Translations under genes and position numbers: made by a program
In this document: positions 48,980 to 56,083 of the stretch, one piece after another
How the letters are laid out: each line of letters starts with the position of its first letter
How positions within the stretch are numbered: position 1 is the stretch's first letter
Notes under the pieces: model-generated
What the model was told of the DNA's origin: nothing
What the model saw: only the letters and a program-made list of their open reading frames with translations
The model's database searches: none
Assembly: GCA_022794035.1 (NCBI GenBank)
Contig: JAAWDX010000001.1
Location: 209,936-273,935 of the forward strand
Length of the DNA: 64,000 nt
Direction of reading: 5' to 3'
DNA from: Lachnospiraceae bacterium
GTDB taxonomy: Bacteria; Bacillota; Clostridia; Lachnospirales; Bianqueaceae

Positions 48980-50254
48980 ATGGAAGCATTACAAATTTTT
49001 AATACCTTTGTAAAGGTGATGTTCTTTTTGTTTTATGCCTATCAGTTTTTCTATATTCTGGTTGCAGTCATTAAGAAGCCAAAGCGTTTTAATCATTTGG
49101 AAGCACAGGGCAAGCTGAAAATGCATCGTTTTGCAGTGATGATTTCAGCAAGAAATGAGGAAGCCGTCATCGGTCAGCTGCTGGAAAGCATCAACCGACA
49201 GACCTATCCCAGAGAACTGGTTGATGTCTTTGTAGCAGCAGATAACTGCAGCGATCACACGGCGCAGGTGGCAGCCGAATATGGCGCTAAGGTATATAAG
49301 CGCTATAATCAGACAAAAGTCGGCAAGGGCTATGCGCTGGAAATGCTGTTTAATCTGGTGCGAGAGGATTATGGACATGATTATTACGACGGATATTTTG
49401 TATTTGATGCCGACAATCTGCTGGATCCTCATTATATAGAAGAAATGAACAAGACCTTTTCCGCCGGCTATCGTGTGCTGACCAGCTACCGTAATTCTAA
49501 GAACTATGGCAGCAATTGGATCTCAGCCGGATATGCATTGTGGTTTCTGCGCGAGGCCAGACATCTGAACAATGCACGCATGATTTTAAATACCAGCTGC
49601 GCGATTTCCGGTACGGGCTTTTTGCTGTCGCGTGAAATCGTTGAGAAAAATGACGGATGGAAGCATTTTCTCCTCACAGAGGACATTGAGTTCACAGTCG
49701 ACAGCGTATGTCAGGGCGAAAAAATCGGCTACTGTCATGATGCCATGCTGTATGACGAGCAGCCGGAAACCTTTGAGCAGTCCTGGACACAGCGTCTGCG
49801 CTGGGCCAAAGGCTATTATCAGGTGTTTTATAATTACGGCAAGAACCTGCTGGCGGGTATTTTCTGCAAAGCCAGCTTCTCCTGCTTTGATATGTGTATG
49901 ACCATCATGCCCGCGCTGTTCTTATCGCTGCTCACGATGCTGGTCAACGGAAGCGCCATGATTTATGCCCTGATCAACGAGACGGGGCAGTTCGAAGGAA
50001 TGTTCATTTCCATGCTCATCATGATGGCCAGCGTGTACGGCATGTTTATCATCGTCGGACTCTTTACGCTGGTTACAGAATGGAAAAATATCTGCTGCAG
50101 CACAGGCAAAAAGATAAAATATCTATTTACATTTCCGATCTTCATGCTCACCTATATTCCCATTTCCATCACCGCATTATTTAGGAAAATTGAATGGAAG
50201 CCCATTACACACAACGTTGCCATTTCCATCGATCAAATGAAAATGGGCGAGTAA
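48980..50254 (+). CDS. Membrane-embedded family-2 glycosyltransferase with a processive-type QxxRW motif
   Basis: 424 aa. An N-terminal TM helix, a GT-A core (VMISARNEE...FVAADNCSD...VFDADN), TEDIEF and QRLRWAKG, followed by four C-terminal TM helices. Confidence 0.85.
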   Translation: MEALQIFNTFVKVMFFLFYAYQFFYILVAVIKKPKRFNHLEAQGKLKMHRFAVMISARNEEAVIGQLLESINRQTYPRELVDVFVAADNCSDHTAQVAAEYGAKVYKRYNQTKVGKGYALEMLFNLVREDYGHDYYDGYFVFDADNLLDPHYIEEMNKTFSAGYRVLTSYRNSKNYGSNWISAGYALWFLREARHLNNARMILNTSCAISGTGFLLSREIVEKNDGWKHFLLTEDIEFTVDSVCQGEKIGYCHDAMLYDEQPETFEQSWTQRLRWAKGYYQVFYNYGKNLLAGIFCKASFSCFDMCMTIMPALFLSLLTMLVNGSAMIYALINETGQFEGMFISMLIMMASVYGMFIIVGLFTLVTEWKNICCSTGKKIKYLFTFPIFMLTYIPISITALFRKIEWKPITHNVAISIDQMKMGE

Positions 50255-50286
50255 AAATAAAAATTTGTCATAGAGGAGTAGAATGC

Positions 50287-50315
50287 TTGACATTCTTGGA
50301 ATATTTTGCTACAAT
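50287..50315 (+). promoter_or_regulatory. Near-consensus SigA promoter with no downstream ORF
   Basis: TTGACA (50287-50292), 17-nt spacer, TGcTACAAT extended -10 (TACAAT at 50310-50315). Confidence 0.65.
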
Positions 50316-50321
50316 ATAACA

Positions 50322-50434
50322 GTCTTCTATCGTTCTAGTAATGATAGAAATTGCTCACCTCGGTTTAATAAGAACCCCCGTTTTCTTATTAAACACTTTC
50401 AGCCGGTTGTAGAGATGCAGCCGGTTCTTTTTTT
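50322..50434 (+). ncRNA. Candidate small non-coding RNA (~113 nt, unknown family)
   Basis: It lies between the orphan promoter and an intrinsic terminator (AGCCGGTTGT-AGAGAT-GCAGCCGGTT at 50401-50426, with G-U pairs that only work on the + strand, followed by CTTTTTTT). Internal hairpins are TTCTATC/GATAGAA and TTAATAAGAA-CCCCCGTT-TTCTTATTAA. There is no RBS-preceded ORF. Confidence 0.45.
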
Positions 50435-50437
50435 GTC

Positions 50438-51328
50438 TTATTCTGAGAAAAGTCCCAGATCCGCCGCCGCTTGCAGCCATATAGCTTGAGGGATTTCCGG
50501 CAAAGCAAGGTCCATTCCGGGGTGCTGCGCGGCAGCAAGAAGGCGTGTGCGCTTCAGCAGCTTCAGGATATAATTGTGGCCGGTGGCAAGGAACCGGCAA
50601 TTAGCGTGTGACCATCCGGGCGCCATTTCCATGAGCTCACTGTGATGATAAGCCCTTAGGATGGCATCCACATCATAGGGGATGGAAAGCAGCTGAATTT
50701 GCCAGTCAGCAGCTTCATTTTGATGCAGCAGGGCCGCCCTAGCAAGGCAGTCGTGATTGTGCGGCAGTCCGGCGGAACCTGCACCGAGGATCGTACGGCC
50801 GTTAGCGCGGGAGATGCCCTGACGATGAGTATGGCCGCATATCAGCAGCGGCTTTTGGATTTGCCGGAGCCATTTGGCGGTGGTTTCATCGGCAGTAGAG
50901 TTGGTGCCGTCTACATTTAGCAGCTCATTGACCCTGCTGGGCGAACCGTGGCAAAGGATGACATCCTTGAGGCTGTGACAGATGGGCATAGAGCGAAACC
51001 AGTCGAGGTCTTGCGCCGTAAGGCGCTGGTAGGTGTACAAAAGCGCACCCTGCGCGGGGCCCGGTTTCCAGACCTGCTCAGGGTGATTGGCGTGGTCGAT
51101 GAGATATTGTTCCCGGTTGCCACGGATGAAAAGGACGGAAAAGTGCTGGGCTGCCTGGCGCAAAAGAGCGAGCGTGCGCTGCGGCTCGGGACCGTCGGTG
51201 ATATAATCGCCGAGAAAATAAAGGGTGTCGACCTGTTCATGGGCCATATGTTCGAGTATGGCTTCTAAGGCGGGGTAATTGCCGTGAATATCGCTGATGA
51301 TACCGATGGTTTGCATATGATTTTTCAT
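50438..51328 (-). CDS. Metallophosphoesterase-family protein (calcineurin-like phosphoesterase)
   Basis: Motifs ISDIHGN, LGDYITDGPEP, GNRE and CGHTH. Confidence 0.85.
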   Translation of the reverse strand: MKNHMQTIGIISDIHGNYPALEAILEHMAHEQVDTLYFLGDYITDGPEPQRTLALLRQAAQHFSVLFIRGNREQYLIDHANHPEQVWKPGPAQGALLYTYQRLTAQDLDWFRSMPICHSLKDVILCHGSPSRVNELLNVDGTNSTADETTAKWLRQIQKPLLICGHTHRQGISRANGRTILGAGSAGLPHNHDCLARAALLHQNEAADWQIQLLSIPYDVDAILRAYHHSELMEMAPGWSHANCRFLATGHNYILKLLKRTRLLAAAQHPGMDLALPEIPQAIWLQAAADLGLFSE

Positions 51329-51333
51329 GAGAG

Positions 51334-51756
51334 TTACCCGACTTCACGCTGGACGGTGAGCGACTTTTCGTAAAAGTAGCGAATGATGTCGCTGCGTTTG
51401 ACAAGGCCGATGAAGGCCTGCGTGTCATCTACAACGGGTACGAAGCTTTGACGGTAGGCTGTGTGAATCAGGCTGTCCATGGACTGATCGATGGCGACGG
51501 TGTCATAATGGAAATGGCGGGCGATATCCGAGAGCATCATCTTTTCTGCTTCGGCAAAGGTAAAGCCCGGATAGTTTTTGAAGGCCCAAAGCAGATCGCC
51601 TTCGGTGACGACGCCGGCATATTTGCCGTCTGATGTGAGAACGGGCAGGCTCTGGTAGCGGTGGAATTCCATTTTTTCCATGGCCTGCCGCAGCGTCATA
51701 TCTGTATATAAATAAACAATTTCATTTTTAGGAGATAGGAAAAAGGCAACGTTCAT
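51334..51756 (-). CDS. CBS domain-pair protein
   Basis: About 140 aa, two CBS motifs (LPVLTSDGKYAGVVTEGDLL; FVPVVDDTQAFIGLVKRSDII). The start at MNVAFF (51756) has GAGGA 8 nt upstream. The ORF-track start is 51771. Confidence 0.8.
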   Translation of the reverse strand: MNVAFFLSPKNEIVYLYTDMTLRQAMEKMEFHRYQSLPVLTSDGKYAGVVTEGDLLWAFKNYPGFTFAEAEKMMLSDIARHFHYDTVAIDQSMDSLIHTAYRQSFVPVVDDTQAFIGLVKRSDIIRYFYEKSLTVQREVG

Positions 51757-51991
51757 ATCAAATATCCTCATTTCTTAATATTCGTGCAAATGATCGGCTA
51801 AAGGCTGTTAAGCTCGACCTTAGTCGAACATATGGTATCATGCAAATATGACAAAAAAATGAACGAGGCGTTAAGAAACGGTAGCATAATATTTAAACGG
51901 AAAGTAACCCGGTGTACATAATTTGTTCACAATTTTAGGCTATGATAAGACCATAGTTTTTTCATGTTTAATTAATTTTCTCCTCCTTTTG

Positions 51992-52022
51992 TAAGAGCTG
52001 ATTTGGTCAGCTCTTATTTTTT
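51992..52022 (+). terminator. Strong terminator-like hairpin with no obvious upstream + strand gene
   Basis: TAAGAGCTGA-TTTGG-TCAGCTCTTA (10-bp perfect stem) followed by TTTTTT on the + strand. Confidence 0.5.
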
Positions 52023-52091
52023 GTGTTGGCGGCGCTTGAGCGGGGTATAGAAAGCACTGCCATGACATAAACTGGTATTAAATATAAGAAG

Positions 52092-52589
52092 GTGGGAAAT
52101 GGAAAGGTGACGAATAAAATATGGAAAACGATCCAGCCCTTTTTGGTTGCGATAGGACTCACTTTTTTGGTAGGCGGCCTTTCTTATCTGGCATCAGGGG
52201 GAAACAATCAGGAATTATATGAAAGCCTAGTGCTGCCCAAAGGGGCGCCGCCGGCGCAGCTGTTTGGCGTTGTCTGGCCCCTGTGGTATCTGCTTTTAGG
52301 CATTGCTGCCGCGCTGGTGTATCGTTCGGAGCCATCGGTGGCTAAATCAGAAGGACTGCGATTTTATGAGCTGCAGCTTCTGATTTTGTTTACCTGGCCA
52401 ATTGTATTTTTCCGGCTGCAGTCCTATTGGGCGGCCTTTACGCTGCTGCTTCTGCTTGTTTTTGTGCTGTATGTTATGCTGGACCGGTATCGGAAGGCAA
52501 GTCCGGCCGCCTTTTGGCTGCTGCTTCCGTACGCAGCATGGATTTTGTATGCGCTGTGGCTCAATCTGCGCGTTGCTATGCTTAATTAA
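52092..52589 (+). CDS. tspO: TspO/MBR-family tryptophan-rich sensory protein
   Basis: 165 aa with 5 TM helices and Trp-rich conserved stretches (VWPLWYLLLGIA; LLILFTWPIVFF; LLLPYAAWILYALWLN). GTG start at 52092 (or 52107). Confidence 0.85.
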   Translation: MGNGKVTNKIWKTIQPFLVAIGLTFLVGGLSYLASGGNNQELYESLVLPKGAPPAQLFGVVWPLWYLLLGIAAALVYRSEPSVAKSEGLRFYELQLLILFTWPIVFFRLQSYWAAFTLLLLLVFVLYVMLDRYRKASPAAFWLLLPYAAWILYALWLNLRVAMLN

Positions 52590-52640
52590 AAAATCGCCCT
52601 TGCTTTTGCAGTTTGCTGCAGCAGCAGGGCGATTTTTTTA
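52588..52640. terminator. Bidirectional intrinsic terminator shared by tspO (+) and thrS (-)
   Basis: AAAAA-ATCGCCCTTGCT...AGCAGGGCGAT-TTTTTT. The stem is flanked by an A-run and a T-run between the convergent genes. Confidence 0.8.
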
Positions 52641-52643
52641 GTA

Positions 52644-54548
52644 TCAGCTCTTGCGAGTCTGAATTTCCTCTTTAATCTTGGCAATAAATTCATCCAGCGT
52701 CATGGTCAGGTTCTCGCCGGAATCACGCAGGCGGATGCCGATTGTCTGCGTCTCTTCCTCCTTGGCGCCCACAATGATCATGTAGGGAACCTTCTCGAGC
52801 TGTGCTTCGCGAATCTTGTAGCCGATCTTCTCCGCGCGGTCATCATACTCTGTACGGATGCCGGCGCTGCGCAGAGCTGCATAAACCTTTTGCGCGTAAG
52901 CGCTGTTCTTATCGGAGATCGGCAGCACCTTGGCCTGAACGGGCGCGAGCCAGGTGGGGAATTTGCCGGCATAGTGCTCGATCAGGATGCCGATGAAGCG
53001 CTCGATAGAGCCAAAAACAACGCGGTGGATCATGATGGGACGGTGCTTTTCGCCGTCCATGCCGGTGTAATCGATGTCGAAGCGCATGGGCAGCTGGAAG
53101 TCAAGCTGAATGGTGCCGCACTGCCAGGTGCGTCCCAGCGAATCTTCCAGATGGAAATCGATCTTCGGACCGTAGAAGGCTCCGTCCCCTTCATTGACAA
53201 CATAGGAGAGCTCCATCTCATCCAATGCTGCGCGCAGGCCGTTTGTCGCCATCTCCCAATCCTCATCGCTGCCGATGCTGTTTTCGGGCCGCGTGGATAA
53301 TTCCACATGATATTTGAAGCCAAACAGGCTGTATACTTCATCGATGAGGCGGGCCACGCCCTTGATCTCATCGGTGATCTGCTCTGGCATCATGAAGATA
53401 TGCGCATCATCCTGCGTGAAGAGGCGTACGCGCATGAGGCCGTGCAGCGCGCCGGATTTTTCGTGGCGGTGCACCAAGCCGAGCTCACCCATGCGAAGCG
53501 GCAGATCGCGGTAGGAATGCGGCTGCGATTTGTAGACCAGCAGACCGCCCGGGCAGTTCATTGGTTTTAAAGCAAAGTCCGTATCATCAATGACGGTGGT
53601 ATACATATTTTCTTTATAATGATCCCAGTGGCCGGAGGTCTCCCAAAGCTGGCGGTTGAGCATAATGGGAGTGGCAATTTCCTGATAATTTTCACGCGTA
53701 TGGATCTCGCGCCAGTAGTCGATGAGCGTATTTTTCACGGTCATGCCCTTGGGCAGGAAGAACGGAAAACCGGGGCCCTCGTCAGCCATCATAAAGAGAC
53801 CCAGCTCCTTGCCCAGCTTGCGGTGATCGCGCTTTTTCGCCTCTTCCAAGCGCTCCAGATATTCCTCCAGATCGCTCGCCTTGGTAAAGGCCGTGCCATA
53901 GATGCGGGTAAGCATTTTATTCTTTTCATTGCCGCGCCAGTATGCGCCTGCAATGGATGTCAGCTTAAAGGCTTTAACCGGCTTGGTGCTCAAAAGATGC
54001 GGCCCTGCGCACAGATCCACATACTCGCCCTGCCGGTAGAAGCTCAGTTCGGCATCCTCCGGCAGATCCTCGATGAGCTCCACCTTATAAGGTTCGCCCT
54101 TTTCTTGCATCAGCTGGATTGCTTCGGCCCGCGGAAGCGTAAAGCGCTCCAGCGCCAAATTCTCTTTCACAATTTTTTTCATTTCGGCTTCCAGCGCCGT
54201 CAAATCTTCTGGTGTAAACGGCTCCTCACGGTCAAAGTCATAGTAAAAGCCATTTTCGATGGCCGGTCCAATCGCAAGTTTAGTTTCAGGATACAGGCGT
54301 TTTACTGCCTGTGCCAAAATATGCGCCGCCGTGTGGCGGAAAGCCAGACGACCCTCCTCATCCTGGAAGGTCAGGATTTCAACGTCGCAGTCTTTATCTA
54401 CGATGGTGCGCAGGTCTGCCTCTTCGCCGTTAACCTTGCCGGCGCAGGCATTGCGGGCCAGCCCCTCGCTGATCGATTTAGCGATGTCAAGCACGCTCAT
54501 GGCGCTGTCGTATTCTTTTACAACGCCGTCTTTTAAGGTAATCTTCAT
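52644..54548 (-). CDS. thrS: Threonine--tRNA ligase
   Basis: 634 aa. TGS domain (MKITLKDGVVKEYD), editing-domain HTAAHILAQAV, class II core (FRHEKSGALHGLMRVRLFTQDDAHIF; GTIQLDF), and a C-terminal anticodon-binding domain. Confidence 0.97.
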   Translation of the reverse strand: MKITLKDGVVKEYDSAMSVLDIAKSISEGLARNACAGKVNGEEADLRTIVDKDCDVEILTFQDEEGRLAFRHTAAHILAQAVKRLYPETKLAIGPAIENGFYYDFDREEPFTPEDLTALEAEMKKIVKENLALERFTLPRAEAIQLMQEKGEPYKVELIEDLPEDAELSFYRQGEYVDLCAGPHLLSTKPVKAFKLTSIAGAYWRGNEKNKMLTRIYGTAFTKASDLEEYLERLEEAKKRDHRKLGKELGLFMMADEGPGFPFFLPKGMTVKNTLIDYWREIHTRENYQEIATPIMLNRQLWETSGHWDHYKENMYTTVIDDTDFALKPMNCPGGLLVYKSQPHSYRDLPLRMGELGLVHRHEKSGALHGLMRVRLFTQDDAHIFMMPEQITDEIKGVARLIDEVYSLFGFKYHVELSTRPENSIGSDEDWEMATNGLRAALDEMELSYVVNEGDGAFYGPKIDFHLEDSLGRTWQCGTIQLDFQLPMRFDIDYTGMDGEKHRPIMIHRVVFGSIERFIGILIEHYAGKFPTWLAPVQAKVLPISDKNSAYAQKVYAALRSAGIRTEYDDRAEKIGYKIREAQLEKVPYMIIVGAKEEETQTIGIRLRDSGENLTMTLDEFIAKIKEEIQTRKS

Positions 54549-54565
54549 GTGACTCCTCCTTCTTT

Positions 54566-54835
54566 ATAATAAAAAATCCCGAATAAACACACTGTTTATT
54601 CGGGGGTACATACAAGTACGGTTCCACCTCGATGTTTCACTTTAGGACGGCATCCGGCATCTAAGCATGCGCGGTGCGATCCCTTTGACCGATAACGAGG
54701 TCAGTCGCCTGCCTTATATCAGCAGGGGCTCGGGAGTGGTTTTCATTATGAGCTGACCATAAAAAGCTTGCAGCCAAAGGCCTTTTTTCTCTGTCTGGCG
54801 TTCATAACTACTCGTTCCGTCTTTGCACTTTGTGT
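54566..54835 (-). promoter_or_regulatory. T-box riboswitch leader (Thr) of thrS
   Basis: Minus strand: a T-box-like sequence GAGGTGGAACCGTAC (complement of 54616-54630) sits immediately before a terminator CCCGAATAAACA-GTGTG-TTTATTCGGG + ATTTTTT (54571-54605). A candidate ACC specifier lies in GAAAACCAC (complement of 54738-54740). thrS is a classic T-box-regulated gene in Firmicutes. Confidence 0.75.
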
Positions 54836-54840
54836 TTCAT

Positions 54841-54869
54841 ATTATACGCAGGCAGCGCAGAATTGTCAA
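54841..54869 (-). promoter_or_regulatory. Consensus SigA promoter of the thrS leader
   Basis: Minus strand reads TTGACA (54864-54869), 17-nt spacer, TATAAT (54841-54846). Both hexamers match consensus perfectly. Confidence 0.8.
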
Positions 54870-54873
54870 GGCT

Positions 54874-55623
54874 TTAATTCGGTAAACGGCTTAAATGCAG
54901 GGCCTTGATTTTAAATAGCGCGTCGAGCTCGTCAAAAACGCCGTTTCGATCCTGTGTGATGACAAGTCCGTTCCCTTCTGAAATTTGGTGCATGGTGTAG
55001 AAACGGTTTTTTTCTGCCCATTTTTGCGCATAGCTTTTAATATGAAGCATCCCCAGATGTTCCCAATATATTTCATGGCCGTCCGGTCCGATAAGTGTGA
55101 AATCGGGGAGAACCATGCGGCCGTTTAAAATCAGGGTTTTTTCATATTGATAGGGAATGTTATGATAATAGAAAATATTAGCGAGTAAGGCTTCTGACTT
55201 GGAACGTACATATTCGCCGCGCAGCGTGAGGTGCTTTAAGTTCTCAGGGTATACGGCAGAAGAGGGGATAACAGGTGATGGGCTTTCTGTAGCTGAAAGC
55301 TGCTGAGGGTCAAGATGAAGTGTTTTGAGGCATTTTTTCACAAGAGTTAATTTTTTTCTTGTAATGCGCAGATCTGCTTCTATATTTTGGAGTCTGCGGA
55401 TTTCTTGTTCATAAGTAGAAATTTCGTCTGCCGGGACCTTTTTCGTGTGCCGCTTTCCGTGAGTATAAAAGCAGTAATATATTTCGGGTTGTTTACGGCT
55501 TTTACGAGTTTCCAGCCTGCCGGGGCTGTGAATGCGTTTTTGGAGAAGAGTTTGCTGCATGTTGGTTAGTTCCTGATAGGCCTGTGATAGCAGATTTTCA
55601 ATATCCCATAATCCTAAATTCAT
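54874..55623 (-). CDS. Hypothetical protein with a PD-(D/E)XK-nuclease-like C-terminal half
   Basis: I chose the start at MNLGLWDIENLL (ATG 55621-55623, GGAGG 7 nt upstream). The ORF-track extension to 55815 runs into the repeat array. The C-terminal pattern VRSKSEALLANIF...YQYE...LPDFTLIGPDGHEIYWEHLG fits an E / PD / E.. restriction-endonuclease-like core. I do not recognise a specific family. Confidence 0.55.
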   Translation of the reverse strand: MNLGLWDIENLLSQAYQELTNMQQTLLQKRIHSPGRLETRKSRKQPEIYYCFYTHGKRHTKKVPADEISTYEQEIRRLQNIEADLRITRKKLTLVKKCLKTLHLDPQQLSATESPSPVIPSSAVYPENLKHLTLRGEYVRSKSEALLANIFYYHNIPYQYEKTLILNGRMVLPDFTLIGPDGHEIYWEHLGMLHIKSYAQKWAEKNRFYTMHQISEGNGLVITQDRNGVFDELDALFKIKALHLSRLPN

Positions 55624-55720
55624 TGATGTACCTCCGAAAATGATTTTTATATTATTAGTATCGGAGTTTTTTAGTGAAAAGCACAGCCTACTTTGGAAAT
55701 TTATTATTTTTAGAGAAACT

Positions 55721-55985
55721 TGCATGTCGGCAGTGGATACGGCAGAGAGGAAATCGGCGTGCATGCGGTTAAAATGCATGTCGGTGATGACTTGATTTTG
55801 GCAGAGAATCAACATGCAAAATTAAGAAAAGCATGCTGGTTTAAGTGACGGTAGAACGGAAATCAGCATGCAAATTGATTAAATGCATGCTGGTAGACAT
55901 GCAGTCTGATGGGCCTACCGGCATGCAAATGAATAGGGTGCATGCTGGTGAGCTAAAATCGAGTATAAAAACCGACATGCAATAA
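55721..55985 (+). repeat. Second, diverged copy of the ~54-bp-period palindrome array (about 5 units)
   Basis: ATGC(A/G) unit starts fall at 55763, 55814, 55868, 55923 and 55977, giving spacings of 51, 54, 55 and 54 bp. The cores are ATGCAAATTGATTAAATGCATGCTGG, ATGCAAATGAATAGGGTGCATGCTGG, ATGCAAAATTAAGAAAAGCATGCTGG and ATGCGGTTAAAATGCATGTCGG. The 10-mer TGCATGTCGG is shared with the 27.8-kb array. Confidence 0.85.
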
Positions 55986-56013
55986 AAGAAGGAATCAGAA
56001 AATAAACAAGCTA

Positions 56014-56043
56014 TTGACAAAATACAGTTTTTGGTCATAGTAT
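56014..56043 (+). promoter_or_regulatory. Candidate promoter of the LysR-family regulator gene
   Basis: TTGACA (56014-56019), 18-nt spacer, TAGTAT (56038-56043). Confidence 0.5.
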
Positions 56044-56083
56044 GATGCCTAGGGCTTTTAATATAAGAAATGAGGCAGGGCTT

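Noticed and set aside
50283-50489. 68-aa ORF spanning the candidate sRNA locus
   Set aside because: Its start lies upstream of the -35 element of the orphan promoter. It has no RBS, and the ORF runs through the terminator hairpin into the 3' end of the convergent gene.
53619-54536. 305-aa + strand ORF (and other smaller ones) inside thrS
   Set aside because: It is antisense to an unmistakable threonyl-tRNA synthetase gene, and its translation has no motifs.
55624-55815. N-terminal 64-aa extension of the 54874..55815 ORF
   Set aside because: The extension reads into the palindrome array and has no SD, whereas the internal ATG at 55623 has GGAGG 7 nt upstream.
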